Of a stretch of DNA of 64,000 bases, positions 8,888 through 16,585 are shown piece after piece. Within the stretch, counting starts at the first letter, position 1. The number at the start of each line of letters is the position of its first letter. The position numbers were made by a program, and so were the translations under genes. The notes beneath the pieces are model-generated. The model was not told the origin of the DNA. It did no database searches and saw only the letters and a list, made by a program, of their open reading frames with translations. The stretch spans positions 4,315 to 68,314 of the forward strand of contig JAPLMW010000063.1 in assembly GCA_026386845.1 (NCBI GenBank), written 5' to 3'. Source of the stretch: Phycisphaerae bacterium (GTDB lineage Bacteria > Planctomycetota > Phycisphaerae > Sedimentisphaerales > UBA12454).

Positions 8888-9691
8888 ATGATATTATGTA
8901 AATACTTGGGTAGTGATGGATGTGTAGATATTATAAAAAACCAGAGGCTTTTGGCTGCAGACCCCACAAATTTAAATGACCCATTTGAAATAAAACCGGG
9001 AGTTATTGGTACTCCTGATAAGGTAAAAACATTGCGGTACTTTTATAATGAATTATTGCCAGAAAGATATTCAGATACCAAAGTAGCATTGCCTATTTTT
9101 AATGATGATGCGGCCTTGAAAAAAATAGAGCAAGACTTGAAACCAGCCATAATTGAGCAGATTGAAAAAAATTTGATATGGGCGTCGAAAACCCTGCGAA
9201 TAATATGTTTTTGCAACCCTATCAAAATAAAAGATGGAGACGATGTATTACTTTGGTCTCATTATAGTGATAAACATAAGGGGATGAGGATTTTTTTTGA
9301 AACAGATGAGATTAAAACGCTCAGCAATAATTTATTTCCGGTCGATTATTCTTTTGAACGGCCGAATTTCGATATAACAGATCCCGCCTCAAAGATTAAA
9401 ATCGAAGATGCACGTCGTATTATTAAAACAAAAAATAAAAGTTGGGAATATGAACAAGAGGTTAGATGGATAATTAGTTTACAAGAATGCATACAGAAAG
9501 ACGGACGATCATATATCCCACTTTCGCCTAAGGCCATTCGGAGAATAGATTTTGGCTGCAAATGTGAGAGCGAAAAAGTTATACCTTTGTTAAAAGATGA
9601 TGATAATGCTTATCAACATGTTAAATTGTATAAGGCATTAGTTCATGAACGTAGGTATTCTTTAAAGTATAAAGAAATTAATAATAAATAA
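8888..9691 (+). CDS. DUF2971-family protein
   Basis: 267-aa ORF. The LLWSHYSDKHKGMRIFF motif and overall layout are typical of DUF2971. Confidence 0.6.
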   Translation: MILCKYLGSDGCVDIIKNQRLLAADPTNLNDPFEIKPGVIGTPDKVKTLRYFYNELLPERYSDTKVALPIFNDDAALKKIEQDLKPAIIEQIEKNLIWASKTLRIICFCNPIKIKDGDDVLLWSHYSDKHKGMRIFFETDEIKTLSNNLFPVDYSFERPNFDITDPASKIKIEDARRIIKTKNKSWEYEQEVRWIISLQECIQKDGRSYIPLSPKAIRRIDFGCKCESEKVIPLLKDDDNAYQHVKLYKALVHERRYSLKYKEINNK

Positions 9692-9868
9692 TAGTGGCCG
9701 CCTGCCCTGCTTGCCCTGTGAGATGGCGCTTCGCCTATCTCACAGGGGTGAAGTGTTTACCCTGTGGGATGTGAAACTATCCCATCGGGGCCTGCCCTGA
9801 GCGCAGTCGAATGGGTTCAGTGTTCAGCATTTTCTGTTAACTGCACACTGCAAACTGTGAACTTCTGA

Positions 9869-9930
9869 CTTATTCTTCCTTCGGTTTATCTACCGGCTGC
9901 GGGGCTTTTTGGAGAATCTCATCAGCAAGG
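9869..9930 (-). repeat. duplicated copy of the clpP 3' end (last ~20 codons plus stop)
   Basis: About 60 nt matching 10235-10296 with 2-3 mismatches. The copy begins exactly at the stop codon. Confidence 0.85.
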
Positions 9931-10077
9931 CTGGTCTTGTCAGCCTGCCCGTTGCGATGCGGTCGCGCCGCGACGAAAGCTGCCGCAGCACGAATGTGCG
10001 AAGGCTCAGGTCTCCCGATTTATCGGGAGACTTAATCAAAAGTCAAATTGCTTAAATTATAAATCTCCAATCTCTCC

Positions 10078-10125
10078 TCACCTTTGCTTGATAGTTATCA
10101 ACTATACGTTTTCAGCCCCAAAATG
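10078..10125. repeat. left arm of an inverted repeat flanking the clpP pair
   Basis: tcacctttgcttgatagttatcaa is a perfect 24-bp reverse complement of 12336-12359. An imperfect extension runs through ccccaaaat. Confidence 0.8.
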
Positions 10126-10234
10126 GTTGTTTTGAGCATTTGAATTTTGGTTATTTGAATTTGTTTAGAATTTAGATATTAGAATTTAGGATTTTCCTCC
10201 TGTCTCCTGTGTTCTGAATTCTTTTCTATTGTTT

Positions 10235-10864
10235 TTATTCTTCCTTCGGTTTATCTACCGGCTGCGGGGCTTTTTGGAGAATTTCATCGGCAATGCCGTA
10301 AGCGATAGCCTCTTTGGCTTCGAGCCACATATTTCTATCGCAGTCGGCGGTGATTTTTTCTAAACTTTTGCCGGTATGGTATGAAAGTATCTCATAGATT
10401 CTGCCGCGGATACGAAGGATTTCTTTGGCTTGTATATCGAGGTCGGTCGCGGGTCCTTCGAGAACGCCGCTGATTAGCGGCTGGTGCAGCAGTATTCTGC
10501 TGTTATTGAGCAGGAATCTTTTGCCTTTTTCGCCTGCGGTAAAGAGTATCGCACCCATACTTGCCGCCTGTCCTATGCAGTATGTCGCAATGGAACATCT
10601 CAGGAATCGCATAGTATCATAAACAGCAAGTCCTGCTGTAACGCTTCCGCCGGGCGAATTGATATAGAAGCTGATATCCGTTTTGCTGTCTTCGTTGCTC
10701 AGGAACAGCATTTGAGCGATGATGAGGCTTGCCGATTCGTCATCGACTTGTCCGCCGAGGAAGATTATTCTGTCCTTCAGCAGTCTTGAATAAATATCAT
10801 AGGCCCGTTCGCCTCGTCCGGTTTTTTCTATAACTATTGGCACAAGATTCTGGTTTAGAGTCAT
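10235..10864 (-). CDS. clpP: ATP-dependent Clp protease proteolytic subunit
   Basis: 209-aa ORF with [14 protein letters not shown], the catalytic context [13 protein letters not shown], and a conserved Asp. Confidence 0.95.
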   Translation of the reverse strand: MTLNQNLVPIVIEKTGRGERAYDIYSRLLKDRIIFLGGQVDDESASLIIAQMLFLSNEDSKTDISFYINSPGGSVTAGLAVYDTMRFLRCSIATYCIGQAASMGAILFTAGEKGKRFLLNNSRILLHQPLISGVLEGPATDLDIQAKEILRIRGRIYEILSYHTGKSLEKITADCDRNMWLEAKEAIAYGIADEILQKAPQPVDKPKEE

Positions 10865-10968
10865 CTTTTTTCCTTGAAATTAATTAACCACGAATTAACA
10901 CGAATAAACACTAGTCTTATTTTAAAAAAATATATCTCTGTGTTCTCTGCGAGTTCTGTGGCTATTAT

Positions 10969-11646
10969 TTACTTTTTATTTTTACCTTTTTTATCGTCTT
11001 CTACTTCGTGGAGGACCTCATCGATTAGGCCGTATTCTTTTGCTTCGTGTGCAGTCATATATCTGTCGCGTTCTGTTTCTGCGGTGATTTTGTCGATTGG
11101 TTGTCCGGTATGTTTCGAAAGGATTTCGTTTATCATTTGTTTTGCCTTGAGTATTTCCTCCGCTTGAATTTTTATATCCGCCGCTTGTCCGTAAACACCG
11201 CCCCAGGGTTGATGGAGCATGATTTTTGCATGGGGCAGAGCATGACGGCGATCCTTAGCGCCGGCGGCGAGAATAATCGCCCCGCCGGATTCCGCACGAC
11301 CAATACAATACGTCGCAACAGGCGAACCAATAAACTGCATCGTGTCATAAATCGCCATCGTATCGTCAACACTTCCGCCGGGCGAATTTATGTAAAGACT
11401 AATCTCACTGCCGCGCTTCTGATTGTCGAGATATAACATCTTCATAATAACGGCGGCAGCCAAGCTGTAAGAGATTTCGCCAATCATAAAAATAATCCGA
11501 TTCTCCAGCAGCATATCATCAAGCGTCATCTCACGCGTCCGCTGATAACTCTGCTGCTGTATTTGCAGCATTGGCCCTCCGTCGCCAAGGCTATGGAGGG
11601 TCTTCGATTCGACTGATTTTATCAGACCTTTTTGCGGTTCAAACAT
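10969..11646 (-). CDS. clpP: ClpP paralog (ClpP2-type)
   Basis: Carries GRAESGGA, MLHQPWGG and a conserved Asp. The ATG at 11646 has AAGGA upstream. Alternative starts are 11670 (GTG) and 11571 (ATG preceded by GGAGGG from a hairpin repeat). Confidence 0.85.
   Translation of the reverse strand: MFEPQKGLIKSVESKTLHSLGDGGPMLQIQQQSYQRTREMTLDDMLLENRIIFMIGEISYSLAAAVIMKMLYLDNQKRGSEISLYINSPGGSVDDTMAIYDTMQFIGSPVATYCIGRAESGGAIILAAGAKDRRHALPHAKIMLHQPWGGVYGQAADIKIQAEEILKAKQMINEILSKHTGQPIDKITAETERDRYMTAHEAKEYGLIDEVLHEVEDDKKGKNKK
11575..11600. repeat. CCCTCC..GGAGGG hairpin repeat at the clpP2 5' end
   Basis: ccctccgtcgccaaggctatggaggg, the same family as 11836-11861 (tccgccgtcgccaagggctatggcgga). Confidence 0.75.
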
Positions 11647-12119
11647 CCTAATTTCCTTAAAGACGACCACTTAAAGCTATTATCGGCTATTTTTTGGTAT
11701 TACTTTTCTCTGGCAAGGTTAATTTTCGGGAAATTCCTCTGGCTGTCAAGAGTTAAAAATAGTCGCTGGTATTTAGTTGATAGTCACTAAGGCACAAAGA
11801 CACGAATTTTTTTAGCCACAGAGTTCTGGAGAACATCCGCCGTCGCCAAGGGCTATGGCGGACAGGCAGAGAATTTTTTTAGACACTGATGAACAAGTTT
11901 GTTTCAACAAGTCCATTTTGCAAATGGCCTTTTACTCAAAGCATTAAGCCGTACTCGAAATACCCCTTCGACTTTGCTCAGGGCTGGATTTCTGCGTTCA
12001 GCTTTTCTGCTTTTCGCTGCGGCACAATAAACTATGCCTCGTTGAAACAAAACACGGATGTCTCACCGCTTTCCTGACTTTGCCTTAAAGCAAGAAGTCG
12101 TCTGTTGTTAGTCGTTTTC

Positions 12120-12159
12120 AACTATGCTTGTATGCAGTATACTGCATACAAGCATAGTT
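12120..12159. repeat. 40-bp perfect palindrome
   Basis: aactatgcttgtatgcagta|tactgcatacaagcatagtt, read directly from the sequence. Confidence 0.95.
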
Positions 12160-12335
12160 CATATGAGTATAGAGATTGGGGAGTTTTATATTGGGGATTT
12201 GAGATTTGAAATTGAAGAAAAAATGCCGGCTAAAGGGCGGTGATTGAACCCTGCCCCCCGCCTCCGATTACTCGAGGGCAGGCTCTACGCGAGGACAAGT
12301 TTTTAATTTGAGGATTTTGGGGCAAAAAATGATGC

Positions 12336-12359
12336 TTGATAACTATCAAGCAAAGGTGA
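12336..12359. repeat. right arm of the inverted repeat flanking the clpP pair
   Basis: ttgataactatcaagcaaaggtga, the reverse complement of 10078-10101. Confidence 0.8.
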
Positions 12360-12553
12360 AAAAAAACGACAGAATTTAAGATTGAAAATTTAAAATTGAA
12401 GATTTGAAATTGAAGAAAAATGCCGCCTAAAAAGGGCGGCCAAACCCCGCCATGGTCCCCCTACGGAGGATTAAAATGATGGCAGGGCTAACCCCCCGCC
12501 GGCCCCCACATTCGCGAGGGTAAACTCCGGTCCGGGGGCTAATCAGATTGGAT

Positions 12554-12582
12554 TTGTATTTTCGACAAAAGCAGTATATAAT
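12554..12582 (+). promoter_or_regulatory. candidate sigma70-type promoter of the STAND-RT operon
   Basis: TTGTAT, a 17-nt spacer, then TATAAT, about 27 nt upstream of the GTG start. Confidence 0.35.
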
Positions 12583-12608
12583 TTTAAGAGAATTTATGAG
12601 GTAAGGAC

Positions 12609-14642
12609 GTGAACGAAAAACTGATATTCGTAGGAAGACAAGAGGAACTTGAGCAGTTCAAAAAAATTCTCCAAGACCCACAAGGACAAGCTGTCTTAGT
12701 CATTGGACAGACAGGTATGGGCAAAACATTTCTTGTCGACAAAATGGCTGAAATTGCAGCGGACCATCCGGATTTTAAATGCTTTGTCTTGCGTTATGAA
12801 GTTACACCAACCGATCCTGCGAATACCATTATGGCTGAGATTATGGATGATGCCGCAGATGCGATTGACTCTGTGATCAACAAGGTAAAAAAATTATTTA
12901 AACGAAACAAGAGTAAACTTGCTGTGGTATTTAATGTCGGAGGATTGATTCCTATTGTGGGCTCACGAGCCAAGGCGGTTAATGATTTGGTTGTTAGTTT
13001 AACAGAACGAGACAAGGCAGGAAATGTTCGCGAGCAGTTTATTGAGATATTGCAAAAGTTGAGCGACAATATGCCGGACAAAAGCAGGGCGATATTCGTA
13101 ATCGACCCGGTAGGGTATATGCAGAAAGAAAGTGATTATGCTTGGGGGCTTGTCATACGTCAACTGCCGCCGAAGATAAAGTTTTTGTTTCCGCAACGGC
13201 CAGAGGATGTTTTGGTTAAGGGGGAAGGATTAACAAAGTGTAATAATATAGTCCGAATTCCCGAAGGCCAACTAAAACGATTCGACGATAAGACTATCGA
13301 AGAGTTGGTGAAAACTCAGTCACAACAAGTGCCAGAACAAGAAAATGAAATGCGAATTGGCACAGGACGATCAGATAAAAGTCCGTATGCCGTGTCAGGA
13401 ATGCTGGAATTGATTGCCAAGACTGGCATAAAACTTGATGATCTGGCGCAATATCTCGGCCAAAGAGAAGTTGCGCGAGCTCAATGGCGTGGAATATGCA
13501 ACAATAGCGAGAATGCTAAGCAATTGTTTGAGGGATATGCAATTTTGGAGGTTGGTGTGCCGGATGAAATAATAGAATATGTAAGCGGATTAAATTCTTA
13601 CCAAATTCAGCATTTATCCGCAGATAATTATCTTAAAGGACTCTTGCGAGAAGAAGGAGAGGGAAAGAGGATTTATCATTCGATATTAACTGAATACATT
13701 CTTGGACAAATGAATGATGCGGAAAAGAAAAAACAGCATTCGCAGGCGGTTAAAATTTATAGGGGGAAATTAAAAAAGGCAAGAGCTGAACAAACCAAGC
13801 CGGATGAATTAGCGGCAACGAGATTACCTGAACACGTTTTGGCAGCTGAAGGGCAGGAGGCTTTTGTAAGTTCATTCATAAATGAATGTTTCAGCCCCTT
13901 GCGTACTCTCGGTGCATTAGATAGCTGCATTAGTCTATCAGAACGAGCCTTACAAATGGTAAAGAAAGGCTCGGAAAGACAAACAATGCTTTTAGGTAAT
14001 TTAGGCCTGATTTACCAGCATCGCGGCGAATTGGAGAAGGCTGAGGAAATGTTAAAAAAGTCGCTGCAAATAAATGAAAAACTCGGCAGGCTCAAAGGGA
14101 TGGCAAATCAGTTTTGCAACTTGGGCAATGCTTACTATATGCGCGGCGATTTGGACAAGGCTGAAGAGATGCAGAAAAAGGCACTAGCGATTGACGAAAA
14201 ACTCGGCAGGCTCGATGGAATGGCAAGTGATTATGGCAACTTGGGCATTGTTTACATGGCGCGCGGCGATTTGGACAAGGCTGAAGAAATGCATAAAAAA
14301 TCGCTGCAAATAGAAGAAAAACTTGGCAGGCTCGAGGGAATAGCAAGTGAATACAGTAATCTCGGCATAATTTACCAGATGCGAGGCGAGTTGGACAAGG
14401 CTGAAGAAATGCATAAGAAGTCATTACGGATAAGTGAAAAACTCGGCCATCAGGAGGGGATAGCGACAAACTATCATAATCTCGGCCTGATTTACCAAAA
14501 ACGCGGGGATATGAAAAAGGCAAAAGAATATTGGGTAAAGGCGCGGGATTTATTTGAAAAAATTGGGATGCCACATAGAATAAAACAAGTGCAGGGGTGG
14601 ATTGATTCCGCCGAAGACAACGGCAAAGGCAGAAAATTATGA
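12609..14642 (+). CDS. STAND-type (AAA_16-like) P-loop NTPase with C-terminal TPR repeats
   Basis: 677-aa ORF with a GTG start and GAGGT 6 nt upstream. Carries FVGRQEELEQF plus Walker A GQTGMGKT (nt 12705-12728) and a Walker B-like AIFVIDP. Has four to five tandem 40-aa TPR units (GDLDKAEEMhKKSL.I.EKLGRL.G.A..Y.NLG). Confidence 0.8.
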   Translation: MNEKLIFVGRQEELEQFKKILQDPQGQAVLVIGQTGMGKTFLVDKMAEIAADHPDFKCFVLRYEVTPTDPANTIMAEIMDDAADAIDSVINKVKKLFKRNKSKLAVVFNVGGLIPIVGSRAKAVNDLVVSLTERDKAGNVREQFIEILQKLSDNMPDKSRAIFVIDPVGYMQKESDYAWGLVIRQLPPKIKFLFPQRPEDVLVKGEGLTKCNNIVRIPEGQLKRFDDKTIEELVKTQSQQVPEQENEMRIGTGRSDKSPYAVSGMLELIAKTGIKLDDLAQYLGQREVARAQWRGICNNSENAKQLFEGYAILEVGVPDEIIEYVSGLNSYQIQHLSADNYLKGLLREEGEGKRIYHSILTEYILGQMNDAEKKKQHSQAVKIYRGKLKKARAEQTKPDELAATRLPEHVLAAEGQEAFVSSFINECFSPLRTLGALDSCISLSERALQMVKKGSERQTMLLGNLGLIYQHRGELEKAEEMLKKSLQINEKLGRLKGMANQFCNLGNAYYMRGDLDKAEEMQKKALAIDEKLGRLDGMASDYGNLGIVYMARGDLDKAEEMHKKSLQIEEKLGRLEGIASEYSNLGIIYQMRGELDKAEEMHKKSLRISEKLGHQEGIATNYHNLGLIYQKRGDMKKAKEYWVKARDLFEKIGMPHRIKQVQGWIDSAEDNGKGRKL

Positions 14643-16240
14643 AATTAGATTTTGGGAAAGCACTAAAGAAAATAGTTATTGAAGATTTAAAAGGGAACAA
14701 CCCTATACCTGATATACTTGGATTTTTGCATCTTAAGGTTTTATTGAAGCCTGATTTCAATTCTAAGTTGAATAAGATTCTCGATGACTATCTGAAAGAT
14801 AAATATAGACCAAAACCTCAATTAACAATAGATGTACCAAAAGCCAATTTTACTATTAGACCTATGGCTAGACCTGTTACAGAGGATTGGATAATATATG
14901 AGGCAATAATTGAATATCTATCGAAAAGAATTTTAAAGAAAGACAAAAAAATATGTGGCAGAAGTTGTAGTATTCTAAATTTCAAAGAGGACGGTTTGAG
15001 TACAAGGGATGCTTGGTTAAAATTTGATAAACACTCTTGGAATTTCTATGAGAAAGGTTATGAGTTTGCCGTTACTACTGACATAACAGGATATTATGAA
15101 AATATTAGTATAGATGAATTAAGAAGAAGAATCATCGATTATCTGGGGCAGGATAATGATGGAAAAAAATTGAATCAAGTTATTGTAAACCAGTTAAAGA
15201 ATTGGAGTGATGAGCGAATATCGGGTTATGGGTTACCCCAAGGGCCTCCGGGATCATCATTTCTTGCAGATATCTTTTTAGATTCTGTAGATAGGGCGAT
15301 GGAAAAGTATAGGGGATACTTTAGATATATGGATGATATTAGGATTTTTTGTAAGGATGCAATCGAGGCGAAGTTGGCGCTAAAAGAATTAACAATAGCA
15401 TTAAGAGCACTTAAACTTAACATCAATGCAAAAAAAACAGATATACTCCAAGAAAGGGAAATAGAGGAAAATCTGTTTGATCCTCAAAAGTCTCTTATGA
15501 ATGTGATAGAAAAATCCATTAAATCTGGCAATCAGAGAATAATAAAAGAAATTGTTCCTGAATTACTAAAACTTGTAGAAATTGCATTTTTAGAGGATCC
15601 TTTTGAGAAACGGCATTTAAATTTTGGTCTGTATCGCCTAGGCGTTCTGTATAACAGCGGATTCCAATTTAACAAAGAACGAATTATTGGGAAAATCGAA
15701 AAAAATTTCGTCAGCAAGCCTCACCATACTGGATTGTTTTGCGACTTTTTGTCAATGTTTCCAGATGATGAAAATGTTCCTAAATTCCTAATAAAGTTTT
15801 TGAAGTCTCCCGATAATATTTATGAGGGACAGGAACTAAAAGTACTGCGGAGCCTTCTACGGTTTAATTTTCAATCATCTCGCCAAGATGTTGATTTCTT
15901 TTTAAAGTCTGCTCAAGATTCAAATAAGCATTATGCTATTCGCGCGTTTTATTTTATGTTGCTCGGAAAACACGGAAACAATAGGGATCGAAACTTGATA
16001 ATCGAATGCTATAATAGTTTATCTGAGGTTTATACTAAAATTACAGTGATTCTATCTGTTCAAGAATTAGGTTTACCAAATAGGAATGATTTTTACGCAC
16101 GAGTCAAAAGAAAAGAAAGCAATAATGATATTAACGAATTTATAGATTATGTAAAATCTTTGTCTAAACCCACTTATTTCTTAACAGTAGAAAGACCTAG
16201 AATAAAAACTTATGAAGAGTACGAAGGAAACTTCTATTGA
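14639..16240 (+). CDS. reverse transcriptase, stand-alone UG/Abi/DRT-like, with a helical C-terminal region
   Basis: 533-aa ORF whose ATG overlaps the upstream stop (ATGA). RT motifs present: RPMARP, TTDITGYYENI, GLPQGPPGSSFLADIFL, FRYMDDIRIF (YMDD at nt 15326-15337) and LKLNINAKKT. No maturase or endonuclease domain recognised. Confidence 0.85.
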   Translation: MKLDFGKALKKIVIEDLKGNNPIPDILGFLHLKVLLKPDFNSKLNKILDDYLKDKYRPKPQLTIDVPKANFTIRPMARPVTEDWIIYEAIIEYLSKRILKKDKKICGRSCSILNFKEDGLSTRDAWLKFDKHSWNFYEKGYEFAVTTDITGYYENISIDELRRRIIDYLGQDNDGKKLNQVIVNQLKNWSDERISGYGLPQGPPGSSFLADIFLDSVDRAMEKYRGYFRYMDDIRIFCKDAIEAKLALKELTIALRALKLNINAKKTDILQEREIEENLFDPQKSLMNVIEKSIKSGNQRIIKEIVPELLKLVEIAFLEDPFEKRHLNFGLYRLGVLYNSGFQFNKERIIGKIEKNFVSKPHHTGLFCDFLSMFPDDENVPKFLIKFLKSPDNIYEGQELKVLRSLLRFNFQSSRQDVDFFLKSAQDSNKHYAIRAFYFMLLGKHGNNRDRNLIIECYNSLSEVYTKITVILSVQELGLPNRNDFYARVKRKESNNDINEFIDYVKSLSKPTYFLTVERPRIKTYEEYEGNFY

Positions 16241-16585
16241 TATATGTTTTTAGATGAATGAATGTTGCCTCAGACAAAAAGAAAGTAATATAAATGCCGG
16301 ATAGAGATGTAAAATGATTAAGGATTTTGAGAAAAAGGAACCCCGCACCGAAGCCCCGGTGAGAAGCCCCGATGGGATAAGCCCAGTTAGATAGCCTTAG
16401 AGGAAATTCAAGAAGAGAAGTTCAAAGGCCACCCCGCTGAGATAGCCGAAGCGGACCCCGATGAGGTAGTCTTAAGATACTTCGATGAAGCAGCATAAAG
16501 ACACCTCACAGGGTAAACTCCGAAAGTGGAGCAGGTGAGAAAGGTGTGAAAAGTGTGAAGGGTGTGAAAGGTGTAAAACAAAAAA

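Noticed and set aside
11889-12077. 62-aa + strand ORF in the clpP2-STAND spacer
   Set aside because: It has no SD and an odd composition, and it sits within the repeat and hairpin region. It is most likely a chance ORF.
14022-14501. Regularly spaced repeats that could suggest a CRISPR array (also 60283-60800)
   Set aside because: The periods (120 and 102 bp) equal whole TPR units in open reading frames. There are no unique spacers between short repeats, and no cas genes are in the window.
14092-14760. 222-aa minus-strand ORF across the STAND/RT junction
   Set aside because: It is antisense to the TPR repeats, and its periodic sequence mirrors them. It has no start context or recognisable family, while the + strand genes have clear motifs.
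14639-16240. RT as part of a diversity-generating retroelement, with the Avd-like protein at 20-388
   Set aside because: The Avd-like gene is 14 kb away with many core genes between. I found no template/variable repeat pair differing at adenines. The RT is much longer than typical DGR RTs. Its motif B reads LPQGPPGSS, without the SQ-type signature I associate with DGR enzymes.
14639-16240. RT as a group II intron maturase
   Set aside because: No maturase (domain X) or HNH endonuclease region is recognisable. No intron domain V/VI-like hairpins flank the ORF. The ORF is translationally coupled to an upstream NTPase gene rather than embedded in intron RNA.
12120-16240. Retron interpretation (palindrome as msd, RT downstream)
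   Set aside because: The palindrome is separated from the RT by the whole 2-kb STAND gene. I could not identify a1/a2 flanking repeats or a branching-G context. The RT is about 200 aa longer than typical retron RTs. I keep this only as something to test, not as the call.
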